Shown one piece after another: positions 27,837-38,806 of a stretch of 64,000 nucleotides of DNA (position 1 is the stretch's first letter; every line of letters starts with the position of its first letter). Under the pieces are notes generated by a model, which saw nothing but the letters and a program-made list of their open reading frames with translations, was not told the origin of the DNA and did no database searches. A program made the position numbers and the translations under genes. Source of the stretch: Anaerolineae bacterium (GTDB lineage Bacteria; Chloroflexota; Anaerolineae; Anaerolineales; UBA4823); NCBI GenBank assembly GCA_003130835.1, contig QEXX01000089.1:36449-100448 (forward strand), given 5' to 3'.

Positions 27837-28598
27837 ATGGAAGAACGAGTTCAAAAAATCCTGGCTCGCGCCGGTTATGGTTCAAGACGACAATGTGAAG
27901 CTTTGATTCTTCAGGGAAGAGTCAAAGTCAATGGCTTGACGATTCGATTGGGTGCCAAAGCTGACCCCCAAAAAGACAAGATCGTCGTAGATGACCAACC
28001 AGTAGCGATCAAAACCCAAAACATCTACATCGCCCTAAACAAGCCACGCGGTGTCCTTTCAGCCGCCTTTTCGCCCGAAGGTATGAAAACGGTCTGCGAT
28101 CTTGTTGAGGTTGAAGCTCGCCTATTCCCGGTTGGACGGCTGGATGTGGATAGCGAAGGATTAATTTTTTTGACCAACGATGGGGAATTCGCAAATTTGC
28201 TCACTCATCCCCGCTATGGGCATGAAAAAGAATACCGCGTTTTGGTTGCCAAACGGCCTGATGAAGATCAACTCAAAGCTTGGCGGCGTGGGATTGTCCT
28301 TTCGGATGGCTATCGCACCCAACCAGCAGAGGTGGAGATCGCTACCACCATGCCAAAGGGAGTCTGGCTTCGGGTCGTACTTCGAGAGGGACGCAAGCGT
28401 CAAATTCGTGAGATGGGTGCGCTCACCGGACTACCAGTGTTGAGAATTATCCGCACACGCATTGGTGAGGTCACCTTAGGGAACCTGAAACCAGGTCAAT
28501 GGCGCTACCTAACCCCCTCAGAAGTGAAAAAATTAAAAAAACCACCTCAATCGATTTCCGCTCAAAAACATTTGCCCAAATTGAGGAAAGCAGAATGA
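27837..28598 (+). CDS. rluB: Pseudouridine synthase, RsuA/RluB family (S4 domain)
   Basis: 253 aa with S4 N-terminus (RVQKILARAGYGSRRQCEALI), catalytic motif GRLDVDSEGL and a basic C-terminal tail. It follows scpB, as in Bacillus. Confidence 0.88.
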   Translation: MEERVQKILARAGYGSRRQCEALILQGRVKVNGLTIRLGAKADPQKDKIVVDDQPVAIKTQNIYIALNKPRGVLSAAFSPEGMKTVCDLVEVEARLFPVGRLDVDSEGLIFLTNDGEFANLLTHPRYGHEKEYRVLVAKRPDEDQLKAWRRGIVLSDGYRTQPAEVEIATTMPKGVWLRVVLREGRKRQIREMGALTGLPVLRIIRTRIGEVTLGNLKPGQWRYLTPSEVKKLKKPPQSISAQKHLPKLRKAE

Positions 28599-29609
28599 AA
28601 AAATTGCTTTACGTTTGCAATACTGGTTTGATAACGTGATGTCCAAAGGGACTGGCGCCCTATTTTAGCCATGCTGATCACGGTTACCTTGGCTCCTGCC
28701 CAGATATACCCTTTAAAGCAGACGATCAAATTGATGATACCCTCATCGCCTCATTCGATCCCAACCTTACTATTGACGAAAGTGTTCTTAAGGTTGTACC
28801 TCGTATGGAAGAAAAACCCGAGATGACCTTAATTTTGGGTTGGAATCACGGCGCTCCATTTCTCCTTCAAGAATTCGATCGCTATATCGCCCAAAATTCG
28901 AAAACGACTGTGATGTCAAAATTTATCATTGAGAAAATGGAACAAGCCTGTCGCTATTTGCAACTGAAATATCAAAACATGCAGTTTGTTCAGGCAGACA
29001 TCACCAATCGAACCGAACTAGAAACAATGCACATCCCCCAATCGCAGCATGTAATCCTACTAAGCTATTCGGATTGCCAAGACATCCAAGAGGCAGAGGC
29101 TCAAACGCTGATTACACTCCTCCCTTTGCGTGAGATCGCTAACCAATCTAACAATCATTTCTCAATCGCATCTGAAATACTCAACAATCGCAATCGTGAA
29201 TTTGCTGAAATCACCAGAGCAGACAATTTTATTGTCACTCAGAAACGGGTCGGCTTAATGCTGTCACAACGATCCAAAAACCGTTATTTAGCCCCTCTCT
29301 TTCAAGATGTATTCGACCCCGCAGGGGTTGAAATCTATCTCAAACCAATCGATCACTCTCTTCAACTTGGCACAGCCATCAACTTCTATCTCTTGATTGA
29401 AGCAGACAAACGTCGCAACAAGGTTGCCAGCGGGTATCGAATCGCTGCGCAATCCAACGATCCCTCTGCTGCCTATCTGGGATTTACATCAACCCACCTT
29501 AAGAACATTGATTGAATTTCGTCATCAGGATAAAATCATCGTGTTTGCAGAAAATCAGAACGAAACTAAACTTCTAAGGAATGGCGATGTCCTTGAATAT
29601 GAACATTGA
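28585..29609 (+). pseudogene. Decayed CASTOR/POLLUX-like (RCK-domain) ion channel gene: frameshifted, internally deleted remnant
   Basis: One frame reads an N-terminal fragment, LRLQYWFDNVMSKGTGALF, that ends at TAG 28666-28668. It is out of frame with ATG 28595 across an A6 run. TM-like ILAMLITVTLA is in a second frame. The only long ORF (28805-29515) corresponds to the last ~240 aa (ILGWNHGAP...ILLSYSD...FIVTQKRVGLMLSQ...GYRIA). The family's C-terminal motifs (GIYINPP / DKIIVFAEN) are split over two further frames at 29470-29560. Confidence 0.55.
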
Positions 29610-32600
29610 AAACCATCATCAAGATGCACCCGTAAATCAAAAACCAGCTCCATCTTCACATCCCATCACACGCTGGGAATTAATTTTCCTTGCCTGCATC
29701 TTAGTGCTAACGATCTTCACCCGCTTTTATCTTCTCGGTGTGCGGGTGATGAGTCACGATGAAACTTCGCATGTGTATTTTTCCTGGCTTCTTTCACAAG
29801 GCAAAGGCTATCGCCATGACCCAATCACCCATGGGCCTCTCCAATTTCATCTGATTGCCTTAAGTTACTTCCTGTTTGGTGATAACGACTTCACGGCTCG
29901 GGTGCCTGCCGCAACTTTGAGTGTCCTTACTATCGCCTTTCTTTGGTATTACCGCAAAATTTTGGGTAGGTTTGGCTATCTTGTGGGAGCAGTTCTCTTA
30001 TTGATTTCGCCCTATATCCTCTATTACGGAAGATACGCACGCAACGAAGCCTTCATTGGCTTTTTTGCTGTGTTGCTCTGGTGGGCTATCCTCAACTACC
30101 TCCACACGAGCCAGTCCCGTTATCTCATTTGGGTAACTATCGCTTCGGTCTTGCACTTCACTTCAAAAGAGACGGCCTTTATCTATACCGCCCAAGCGTT
30201 GATCTTTTTAGCCATTACCTTGGTCATTCAGGTATCCAAGAAACCTTGGCGCATTTCTTCTTATCGCACACTATTTTTCAGTGTGTTGATTGCTTCCTTG
30301 CTCTTTTTGGCATTAGCGATTGGAATTACTCTGATTGAGAGAAACTCCCAGTCCACGGCTTCGCAACCCAATGTCCCATTGGAACAAACTGCCCAATTCT
30401 CCATACCATCAACAGGAGTTCTTGTTCTTGTCTCGATTGCGATCATCGGTATTTTAGCTTGTATCTTTATCGTCATCAGAGGTTACTCATGGTCTGCTCT
30501 ATTGAATGAGCCTTCCTTTGACCTTGCCATCCTTCTGGGCAGCCAAGTATTGCCCATGCTTGCCCCTTTCCCAGTTAAGTTTCTGGGGCGCAATCCAATC
30601 GATTATTCATCAACCCAAAATATTGTATTTGTTGCTAGTTTTGTGGTGCTGCTAAGTCTCATTGCCGTTGGAATCGGTTTAGCTTGGCGACCCAAAATTT
30701 GGTTGATCAACACAACGCTCTTTTATGCTATCTTTGTGCTGTTCTATTCTACAATTTTCACCAATGGCTTCGGGATTTTTACCGGCTTGGTAGGCTCTTT
30801 GGGCTATTGGCTGGATCAACAAGGGGTCAATCGAGGCAGCCAGCCATGGTATTACTACAGTCTGATCCAAATCCCCATCTATGAATATCTGCCCTTGATC
30901 GGCGTCTTCTTCGCCATCGCTTATGCTCTCTGGAAGCAGCGCCTGAAGCCCTCCTCTTCACTTGAGCAAGACCCAACCCATTCGGCACAGGTTCCAACAA
31001 AGCATGGTCTCTCTACCGAAGACCGCCTCACTTTTGTCTTCTTCCTTTACTGGACGATTACCAGCTTAATCGCCTTCACCATTGCTGGTGAAAAAATGCC
31101 TTGGCTTACTTTCCATATTGCACTCCCAATGATTCTCCTAACCGCTTGGGCACTGGGCAAAGTCATAGAATCGGTTCGCTGGAAATACGTCCGACGCCAG
31201 CGAGGCGGGTTATTTGCCCTCGTTTTTACTGTATTCTTAGTTTCCCTTACCATGACCCTTTCATTAGCGCTAGGGGCTAACCCTCCATTCCGAGGAAAGG
31301 AACTCGAACAACTCCAAGCAACCACCTCCTTCTTGAGCGCTTTGTTATTCACGCTGGCTTCTGGCGGTTATCTCTACTATACACTTCGTACTTGGAGAGC
31401 GAGAGAGGCGATTAAGATTTGCATTCTCACCCTCTTCATCTTGCTATCCATCTTGACCATCCATACAAGCGTATTGGCTTCCTTTGTCAATTATGATAAC
31501 GCTACGGAATATCTTGTCTATGCCCATTCTGCGCGAGGGCCGAAGGATATTCTTGAACAGATCGAAGAAATTTCCCGCCGCACGACGGGTGGGCTTGCTA
31601 TTCGAGTAGCCTATGATGATGAAACCACCTATCCTTATTGGTGGTATTTCCGCAACTATCCAAACCAACAGTACTATGGCGATACTCCGACACGTGAATT
31701 GCGCAATGCTCCCATTATTCTCGTTGGTGAAAAGAATTATGGCAAAATCGAAGCGGTTGTTGGGCAAGCATATTACCGGTATGACTTCATCCGCTTATGG
31801 TGGCCTAACCAAGATTATTTTGACCTCAATTGGCAAAGAATCCGCGAAGCCATTAGCAGTCCTGAGATGCGTCAAGCCATCTTTGAAATCTGGCTAAACC
31901 GAGATTACACCCGCTACGGTCAATTAACCGGCAAGGATATGAGCTTGACAAATTGGTATCCTTCCAGTCGCATGAGATTGTATATCCGCAAAGATATTGT
32001 GTCATCCTTATGGAACTATGGCAGCATGCCCGCAGAAGCCAATCTCCCCGCCGATCCGTATGAAGGCAAACAAGCAAACGTGAAGCCAGATAAGATCATC
32101 GGGGGTAGCGGTAGCGAGCCAGGTCGCTTCCAACGTCCCCGTGACCTTGCCATTGCAGCGGATGGAAGTCTCTATATTGTCGATACAGATAACCACCGTG
32201 TCCAACATCTCGATTCGAATGGCAATGTCCTCCATATCTGGGGTACTTTTGGCGATGCAACTACCATGGATGCGCCTGGCGGAACGTTTAATCAACCTTG
32301 GGGGATTGCCGTCGATCAAGCTGGTTTTGTCTACGTTGCCGATACCTGGAATCACCGCATTCAAAAATTTACTGCAGAAGGGCAATTCGTTACTCAATGG
32401 GGATATTTTGGACAAGCCGAAACCCCCACGGCTTTCTGGGGTCCACGCGATATCGCGATCGATGCCCAAAATCGCCTTTTCATTTCAGACACCGGCAACA
32501 AACGTATCGTTGTTTTTGATAGTGAAGGCAACTATCTGGCTGCTTATGGCAAGGCCGGCCTTCTTCCGGGTGAGTTTGATGAACCGGTCGGTTTAGCCTT

Positions 32601-32964
32601 TGGGCCAGATGGCCGACTTTATGTAGCTGACACATGGAACCAACGCATTCAAGTCTTTTCCATTGACGATCAATTGAACTTCATCTTCCAAAACAGTTGG
32701 GAAATCTTCGGTTGGTATGGTCAGTCTCTTGACAACAAGCCCTACCTTGCTGTAGACAACCAAAATTTTGTTTATTGCACCGACCCAGAAGGCTTTCGTA
32801 TTCTTCAATTCAACGCCAATGGAGATTTCATTCAATATTGGGGCGAGGTTGGAACTGTGGCTGGGAGTTTTTCCTTGCCAGCCTCCCTGGCCATCGATCC
32901 GAATGGTGGAATTTGGATAACCGATGCTGGAAGCAGTCAGATTCTGCACTTTTCGATTCCATAA
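29581..32964 (+). CDS. Large membrane protein: GT-C/PMT_2-like (TIGR03663-like) polytopic domain fused to a six-bladed NHL-repeat beta-propeller
   Basis: 1127 aa. The N-terminus has the motif TRFYLLGVRVMSHDETSHVYFSW, followed by about 15 TM helices. The C-terminus has six NHL-type repeats (DTDNHRVQHLD, ADTWNHRIQKF, SDTGNKRIVVFD, ADTWNQRIQVF, DPEGFRILQF, TDAGSSQILHF). Confidence 0.8.
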   Translation: MAMSLNMNIENHHQDAPVNQKPAPSSHPITRWELIFLACILVLTIFTRFYLLGVRVMSHDETSHVYFSWLLSQGKGYRHDPITHGPLQFHLIALSYFLFGDNDFTARVPAATLSVLTIAFLWYYRKILGRFGYLVGAVLLLISPYILYYGRYARNEAFIGFFAVLLWWAILNYLHTSQSRYLIWVTIASVLHFTSKETAFIYTAQALIFLAITLVIQVSKKPWRISSYRTLFFSVLIASLLFLALAIGITLIERNSQSTASQPNVPLEQTAQFSIPSTGVLVLVSIAIIGILACIFIVIRGYSWSALLNEPSFDLAILLGSQVLPMLAPFPVKFLGRNPIDYSSTQNIVFVASFVVLLSLIAVGIGLAWRPKIWLINTTLFYAIFVLFYSTIFTNGFGIFTGLVGSLGYWLDQQGVNRGSQPWYYYSLIQIPIYEYLPLIGVFFAIAYALWKQRLKPSSSLEQDPTHSAQVPTKHGLSTEDRLTFVFFLYWTITSLIAFTIAGEKMPWLTFHIALPMILLTAWALGKVIESVRWKYVRRQRGGLFALVFTVFLVSLTMTLSLALGANPPFRGKELEQLQATTSFLSALLFTLASGGYLYYTLRTWRAREAIKICILTLFILLSILTIHTSVLASFVNYDNATEYLVYAHSARGPKDILEQIEEISRRTTGGLAIRVAYDDETTYPYWWYFRNYPNQQYYGDTPTRELRNAPIILVGEKNYGKIEAVVGQAYYRYDFIRLWWPNQDYFDLNWQRIREAISSPEMRQAIFEIWLNRDYTRYGQLTGKDMSLTNWYPSSRMRLYIRKDIVSSLWNYGSMPAEANLPADPYEGKQANVKPDKIIGGSGSEPGRFQRPRDLAIAADGSLYIVDTDNHRVQHLDSNGNVLHIWGTFGDATTMDAPGGTFNQPWGIAVDQAGFVYVADTWNHRIQKFTAEGQFVTQWGYFGQAETPTAFWGPRDIAIDAQNRLFISDTGNKRIVVFDSEGNYLAAYGKAGLLPGEFDEPVGLAFGPDGRLYVADTWNQRIQVFSIDDQLNFIFQNSWEIFGWYGQSLDNKPYLAVDNQNFVYCTDPEGFRILQFNANGDFIQYWGEVGTVAGSFSLPASLAIDPNGGIWITDAGSSQILHFSIP

Positions 32965-33024
32965 AGCTATAATATAACTACAAGGGAGTTGATCAAAAAA
33001 CTATGACCCAAATGGAGAAAGTTC

Positions 33025-34167
33025 ATGAAACTGCATGAATATCAATCGAAACAAATTTTTTCCCGCTATGGAATACCGATTCCAAAAGGGCGTGTCGCCT
33101 CTACCGCCCAAGAAGCCAAACAAATCGCTGAAGAGCTTGGCGGTAAAGTGGTGATAAAGTCTCAAGTTTTAGTCGGTGGTCGGGGAAAAGCTGGGGGTAT
33201 TCGCCTTGCAAAAAATCCCACCGAAGCCGAAGAAGTTGCTACCCAAATCCTTTCCATGGAAATCAAAGGACTGCCGGTCAGAAAAGTTTTGGTCGACGAA
33301 GCGGCAAATATCAGCAGCGAAATTTATCTCGGAATAACCAATGATCGCGCCGCCCGAAAACCGGTCATCATGGCTTCCTCTTCAGGTGGAGTAGATATTG
33401 AAGAAGTGGCTCAAGTCTCGCCTGAGAAAATCATCAAAGTGCATGTTGATCCGTTACTTGGACTGCGCGACTATCAAGCTCGAGACGTAGCCGCGGGCAT
33501 CGATTTGCCGCGCGAACATTGGAAGTCCTTTATATCCATCACCCATGGCCTTTGGAAGGTTTATACAGAGTGCGATGCAACCTTAGCTGAGATAAACCCT
33601 TTGGTTATTACAGCCGAAAACCAACTCATTGCACTGGATGGCAAGATGATCATTGATGACAACGCACTCTTCCGCCATCCTGAATTTTCGGAAATGCGCG
33701 ATTTGGACGCCGAAGCGCCATCCGAAATTGAAGCCAGGAAATACGGACTGTCTTATATCAAACTAGACGGTGATATCGGTTGCATGGTCAATGGCGCCGG
33801 CTTAGCCATGACTACAATGGACATTATCAAATTATTTGGCGGCAACCCAGCGAATTTCCTTGATATTGGCGGAGGAGCCAACGCAGATAAAGTCGCTGCC
33901 GCCTTCCGCATCATCCTCAGCGATCCGAATGTAAAAGCCGTGCTGCTGAACGTGTTTGGTGGCATCACTCGTTGTGATGAAGTCGCCCATGGTATCGTTG
34001 CTGCCATGCAAGAGGTCAAACCAAAAGTTCCCCTCGTCGTTCGCTTAGTGGGAACAAACGCTGAAGAAGGGCGGGAGATCTTATCTAACGCCCAAATGAT
34101 CACCGCCGAGACCTTGGTTGACGCAGCTCAAAAAGCAGTTGCCGCATCGAAAGGAGAACTCCAATGA
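33025..34167 (+). CDS. sucC: Succinyl-CoA synthetase beta subunit
   Basis: 380 aa with [22 protein letters not shown], an ATP-grasp domain and [10 protein letters not shown]. Confidence 0.95.
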   Translation: MKLHEYQSKQIFSRYGIPIPKGRVASTAQEAKQIAEELGGKVVIKSQVLVGGRGKAGGIRLAKNPTEAEEVATQILSMEIKGLPVRKVLVDEAANISSEIYLGITNDRAARKPVIMASSSGGVDIEEVAQVSPEKIIKVHVDPLLGLRDYQARDVAAGIDLPREHWKSFISITHGLWKVYTECDATLAEINPLVITAENQLIALDGKMIIDDNALFRHPEFSEMRDLDAEAPSEIEARKYGLSYIKLDGDIGCMVNGAGLAMTTMDIIKLFGGNPANFLDIGGGANADKVAAAFRIILSDPNVKAVLLNVFGGITRCDEVAHGIVAAMQEVKPKVPLVVRLVGTNAEEGREILSNAQMITAETLVDAAQKAVAASKGELQ

Positions 34168-35042
34168 GCATATTAATCGACAAAAATACCCGCCTCCTCG
34201 TGCAAGGGATTACCGGCAATGAGGGCATGTTCCATACTCGTCAGATGGTTGCATACGGCACCAACGTCGTGGCAGGCGTTACGCCAGGCAAAGGTGGTGA
34301 GTGGGTATTAGATGGAAAAATTCCCGTTTTCGATTCGGTGCGCATCGCCGTTGAAGCCACCGGTGCCAACACGAGCGTCATTTTCGTCCCAGCCAGATTT
34401 GCTGCAGATGCCATCTTTGAAGCAGCCGACGCGGGCATTCCCTTAATCGTCTGCATCACCGAAGGAATCGCCGTCCAAGACATGATGTGCGTGCGCAACT
34501 ATCTAGACCAGAAAAAATGTCGTCTGGTTGGTCCAAATTGCCCTGGTTTACTCTCTCCAGGACAATCAAAAGTAGGCATCATTCCAGGCGATATTTCCAT
34601 TGCGGGCAATGTGGGCATTGTCTCCCGTTCTGGAACGCTGACCTACGAAGTGCTCTATGCTCTAAAACTGCGCCGCATTGGGGTAAGCACTTGTGTCGGC
34701 ATCGGGGGCGATCCCATCAACGGCACGAACTTTATCGATGTCCTTTCGATGTTTGAGGACGATCCCCACACAGAACAGGTAGTGTTGATCGGTGAAATTG
34801 GGGGAAGCGACGAAGAAAAGGCCGCCGAATTCATTGCCACCCGCATGACCAAACCGGTTGTAGGATTTATTGCCGGACAAACAGCTCCCCCCGGTAAGCG
34901 GATGGGACATGCTGGAGCAATTATCGAAGGAGGCTCCGGCTTAGCTAAAGATAAGATTCGGGCACTTGAGGATGCTGGGGTAAAAGTAGCTCGTCATCCC
35001 GAAGAAATTCCCGACCTGCTCAATCCAACCGCAATGGCTTGA
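34164..35042 (+). CDS. sucD: Succinyl-CoA synthetase alpha subunit
   Basis: 292 aa with [18 protein letters not shown] and the phosphohistidine loop GHAGAI. It overlaps sucC by 4 nt. Confidence 0.95.
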   Translation: MSILIDKNTRLLVQGITGNEGMFHTRQMVAYGTNVVAGVTPGKGGEWVLDGKIPVFDSVRIAVEATGANTSVIFVPARFAADAIFEAADAGIPLIVCITEGIAVQDMMCVRNYLDQKKCRLVGPNCPGLLSPGQSKVGIIPGDISIAGNVGIVSRSGTLTYEVLYALKLRRIGVSTCVGIGGDPINGTNFIDVLSMFEDDPHTEQVVLIGEIGGSDEEKAAEFIATRMTKPVVGFIAGQTAPPGKRMGHAGAIIEGGSGLAKDKIRALEDAGVKVARHPEEIPDLLNPTAMA

Positions 35043-35110
35043 TAAAAAAGGGGCTGTCCTTCGGAAAACCTCCCTGGGACAGCCCACCTCTCTTCGGTAA
35101 GCGCTTTTGC

Positions 35111-35353
35111 TTATGAATTACCCATGTGTTCTTCGATGTACTTAACCGCTTCTCCCACTGTGGTGATCTTTTGGGCATCTTCGTCAGAAATCTGCCCCCC
35201 AAATTTATCTTCGAATTCCATGATGAGTTCGACCAAGTCGAGAGAATCGGCTTCTAAGTCCTCACGAAAACGAGCTTCGGGAGTAACTCTAGACTCATCA
35301 ACGCCAAGCAGTTCCACAATAATGGCTTTGACCTTTTCGTATGTATCGGACAT
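35111..35353 (-). CDS. acpP: Acyl carrier protein
   Basis: 80 aa from ATG 35353, preceded by GGAGGAAG. The phosphopantetheine site is [17 protein letters not shown] rejected the 143-aa ORF extension. Confidence 0.9.
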   Translation of the reverse strand: MSDTYEKVKAIIVELLGVDESRVTPEARFREDLEADSLDLVELIMEFEDKFGGQISDEDAQKITTVGEAVKYIEEHMGNS

Positions 35354-35470
35354 GGATACTTCCTCCAAAAAGAATTTTAGGTATTGTATACCCAGCTTGA
35401 AATCTGTCAAGTTTTCAAAAAAAGAATTAGAATGGCTCAACTCTACCTTCTCTAACAGGAACACCGCCTC

Positions 35471-36499
35471 ATGAAGAAAGTTACGCACATTAGCCAACGC
35501 AAATCCGATCATATTCGCATTAACCTTCGAGAAGATGTTCAATCTGCTCTAACGACCGGTTTAGAAAACTATCGCTTTGAACACCAAGCTCTGCCGGAGT
35601 GCAATCTGGAAGAGGTTGACACACAGACGGTTTTTCTGAACAAACCCCTAGCCGCTCCTATCTTAATCTCTTCGATGACCGGAGGGAGTGCTGAAGCCGC
35701 TCAAATCAACCTGACATTGGCAGAAGCGGCTGAACAGACCCAGATCGCTATGGGGCTTGGCTCTCAGCGCGCCGCCATCGAACACCCCGAGTACGAATAT
35801 ACCTTCCAAGTCCGCAAAGTGGCGCCGAACATCCTACTTTTTGCCAACCTCGGCGCAATCCAGTTAAACTATCGATATGGCATTGATGAATGCAAAAAAG
35901 CAGTCGACATGATCGAAGCGGATGCTCTGATTCTTCACCTAAATCCTCTCCAAGAAGCCCTTCAACCAGAAGGAGATACGCGCTTTGAGAATCTGATCGA
36001 TAAAATTGCCTTGGTCTGTCGGTCTCTACCTGTGCCAGTGGTCGTGAAGGAGGTTGGTTGGGGTATCTCACAGCGAGTTGCCAGATTGCTGATCGAGGCA
36101 GGCGTCGCTGTAATTGATGTTGCTGGAGCGGGAGGCACCTCTTGGTCACAGGTTGAGATGTATCGCGCTCAATCCGAAAGCGCAGCTCGCATTGCCTCTC
36201 ATTTCATCGACTGGGGTATTCCAACGTCCGAATGCATCCTCAACGTGCGCGCTGTCCATCCTACAATCCCGCTAATAGCATCAGGTGGTTTGCGGAATGG
36301 TATCGATATTGCAAAATGCCTGGCTTTAGGAGCGAATCTCGGCGCAATGGCCTCTCCATTTCTCAAGGCGGCAGCCCGATCGCTCAACGACACGATTGAA
36401 ACTATTCACGAAATCCAACGCGAAATCCAAATTACCATGTTTGCAGCCGGTGTTAAGACTATTGCTGAACTACAGAATCTTACCTTGAAGGAAATCTAA
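35471..36499 (+). CDS. fni: Isopentenyl-diphosphate delta-isomerase, type 2 (FMN-dependent)
   Basis: 342 aa with [22 protein letters not shown] and ASGGLRNG motifs typical of IDI-2. Confidence 0.9.
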   Translation: MKKVTHISQRKSDHIRINLREDVQSALTTGLENYRFEHQALPECNLEEVDTQTVFLNKPLAAPILISSMTGGSAEAAQINLTLAEAAEQTQIAMGLGSQRAAIEHPEYEYTFQVRKVAPNILLFANLGAIQLNYRYGIDECKKAVDMIEADALILHLNPLQEALQPEGDTRFENLIDKIALVCRSLPVPVVVKEVGWGISQRVARLLIEAGVAVIDVAGAGGTSWSQVEMYRAQSESAARIASHFIDWGIPTSECILNVRAVHPTIPLIASGGLRNGIDIAKCLALGANLGAMASPFLKAAARSLNDTIETIHEIQREIQITMFAAGVKTIAELQNLTLKEI

Positions 36500-36501
36500 C
36501 T

Positions 36502-37518
36502 ATGGACTCTCCAGAAAAGCTCTTGCAAACAATGAAAGAAGCTTTGGAACAAGAACTTCAAGAGCAATTAAAAGACTTGAATATATCCCCATACCAGCTT
36601 TATCATGAGATGTTGGCTTATCACATGGGGTGGGTCGGGGAGGGCGCAGGTCCATCAGCGACAGGTAAACGCATTCGGCCAATCCTCTTACTCCTGTGTA
36701 CTGCAGCTAGCGGAGGAGACTGGCAGCAAGCCCTTCCAGCCGCGGCGGCTGTTGAGTTCGTTCATAACTTTTCCCTCATCCACGATGATATTGAAGACAA
36801 AAGCGAGTATCGGCGGGGAAGATTAACCGTCTGGGCAAAATGGGGCCTATCCCAAGGCGTGAACGCCGGAGATGCCTTGTTCACCATTAGTCACCTAGCC
36901 ATTCATCGCTTATCTAAATCTTACCCACCTGAGATTGTCCTCCATGCCTCTCGTCTGCTCCTAGAGACTTGCCTTCGCTTGACACAAGGCCAATATTTGG
37001 ACATCTCTTTTGAAACGCAACCGGAAATCTCCCTCGATGACTATCTTGTCATGATCGAAGGCAAAACCGCTGCTCTGTTCGCAACCTGTACCCATCTCGG
37101 TTCACTTCTAGGACGTTGTGATCCAACGTGTCAAAACCAATTTCAGCAATTTGGCAGGTCTCTGGGACTAGCTTTCCAAATTATCGACGACTTGCTGGGG
37201 ATTTGGGGCGATGAATCCCTCATCGGCAAGTCCACTGCCTCTGACTTAGTCAGTGGTAAAAAAACCTACCCCGTCCTCTTAGGGCTTCGATCGGGTGGTT
37301 CGTTTGCCAAGCGCTGGCGACAAGGGAATATTCAACCGGAGGAAGTTTACGACCTAGCAAAATCATTGGAGGCGGAAGGAATTCGAGCTGCTACGCAAGC
37401 CGAAGCCCTACGGCTCACCCAGCAAGCCCTGGCAGAACTCAGCGCTGCACAGCCTCATGGTATTGCCGCAGAAGCTCTCTATCGGTTGACAAATCAAATG
37501 AGCCGAAGAATCCACTAA
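36502..37518 (+). CDS. Polyprenyl diphosphate synthase (GGPP/FPP synthase family)
   Basis: 338 aa. The first Asp-rich motif is LIHDDIEDKSEYRRG and the second is QIIDDLLGIWGD. It lies 2 nt after fni. Confidence 0.88.
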   Translation: MDSPEKLLQTMKEALEQELQEQLKDLNISPYQLYHEMLAYHMGWVGEGAGPSATGKRIRPILLLLCTAASGGDWQQALPAAAAVEFVHNFSLIHDDIEDKSEYRRGRLTVWAKWGLSQGVNAGDALFTISHLAIHRLSKSYPPEIVLHASRLLLETCLRLTQGQYLDISFETQPEISLDDYLVMIEGKTAALFATCTHLGSLLGRCDPTCQNQFQQFGRSLGLAFQIIDDLLGIWGDESLIGKSTASDLVSGKKTYPVLLGLRSGGSFAKRWRQGNIQPEEVYDLAKSLEAEGIRAATQAEALRLTQQALAELSAAQPHGIAAEALYRLTNQMSRRIH

Positions 37519-37524
37519 ATTTCT

Positions 37525-38727
37525 TCACACAAATTCCAAAAAAGCTTGATTGCCCAACAGCTGACCAAAGCGGGTTAGTCTTAAGCGACGCGGGTCAGTC
37601 TCAACCCATTCCACCAGTCCTTTTCTGAGCAACCGATCGATTTCTTTTGCAAAGACCTGCTCCATTCTTTTGCCGAAGCGTCGGTAAAATTCTTCTTCAA
37701 CCACTCCCTCCCGCACCAATCGTAAGCCAAGCAAAAGGGTATCTTTCATCTCCTCCTCTCGATCCACTGGGTAGGCATGTTCTGTCGCAGGGGAGAAAGG
37801 AAATAGGCTTGTAGAAAAAGCATTCACTTTCTGCACATACTGAAAAGGATGCAGGACATTTACTAATCGAAAACCAGCCAGGTAGCCATGCGCTCCCGCT
37901 CCCAAACCAAAGTATTCCTGGTTTTTCCAATACTGCAAATTGTGGCGGCAGAAGTTAGGCGAATCCTGCTTCGGCTTTGCCCAATTCGAGATTTCATAAT
38001 GCACATAACCAGCCGCAGTAAGCATCTCTCTAGCTAACTCGTAACAGTCGGCAGCAAAATCTGCATCCGGATAGGGCAAAAACCCTTGCTTGATCCATTC
38101 CTCCAATAAGGTGCCTTCTTCAATCGTTAGGCTATATAAGGAAAGGTGCTCAACATCTAAAGATAGCGCAGCATTCAATGAGTGTTTCCAATCCGCCAGC
38201 GTTTGCTTGGGTAAGCCATAGATGAGGTCAAGATTAAGATTGCGAATGCCTGCCGATTGTGCCGCCTTTACGGCTTCAACCACATCCTCAAGCGTGTGCG
38301 TACGACCTAAGAGCTGCAACTCACTCTCATTCGCAGATTGGAAGCCTAGGCTAAGGCGATTGACCCCCAGTTGCGCGTAAGCTTGTACTTTTTCTAAGGT
38401 CAATGTGCCCGGATTAGCTTCTAAACTAACTTCAAGGCTGGCTTCAAATCCAAAATTCCGCTCTAAAGAGACTAAAATAGCTTTGATATCCATAGGATTG
38501 AGCAAAGAAGGTGTTCCGCCACCAAAATAAACTGTATGCACTTGATTCCGATAGGAATCAGGGAGATTCTTTCCAAGAACTTCAATCTCTTTACAAAGGG
38601 CACCAATGTATGGGGAAATCAAATGTTCCAAGCCAGCGTAAGTATTAAAATCACAATAACTGCAGCGGCGAGTGCAAAAGGGAATGTGAATGTAAACACT
38701 GATACTCATCCTCGATGAGTATATCAT
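37525..38727 (-). CDS. hemW: Radical SAM HemN-like protein (heme chaperone HemW family)
   Basis: 400 aa with YIHIPFCTRRCSYCDF, the GGGTPS motif and a HemN_C domain. ATG 38709 is an alternative start. Confidence 0.87.
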   Translation of the reverse strand: MIYSSRMSISVYIHIPFCTRRCSYCDFNTYAGLEHLISPYIGALCKEIEVLGKNLPDSYRNQVHTVYFGGGTPSLLNPMDIKAILVSLERNFGFEASLEVSLEANPGTLTLEKVQAYAQLGVNRLSLGFQSANESELQLLGRTHTLEDVVEAVKAAQSAGIRNLNLDLIYGLPKQTLADWKHSLNAALSLDVEHLSLYSLTIEEGTLLEEWIKQGFLPYPDADFAADCYELAREMLTAAGYVHYEISNWAKPKQDSPNFCRHNLQYWKNQEYFGLGAGAHGYLAGFRLVNVLHPFQYVQKVNAFSTSLFPFSPATEHAYPVDREEEMKDTLLLGLRLVREGVVEEEFYRRFGKRMEQVFAKEIDRLLRKGLVEWVETDPRRLRLTRFGQLLGNQAFLEFV

Positions 38728-38806
38728 TAGCTTCGATTTTTTTGCCCTTTACGTCTTTAGAGACGCTGGTATAATCCCCCTGCGTGAATCAAAACCATAA
38801 ACCTGA

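Noticed and set aside
32008-32596. 153-aa (minus) and 151-aa (plus, other frame) ORFs inside the NHL-repeat region
   Set aside because: The NHL repeats in the annotated frame are unmistakable. These ORFs are alternative-frame artefacts of repetitive coding DNA.
35354-35542. N-terminal 63-aa extension of the acpP ORF (143-aa version)
   Set aside because: The internal ATG 35353 has a strong GGAGGAAG SD and yields a canonical 80-aa ACP. The extension would cover the divergent fni promoter region.
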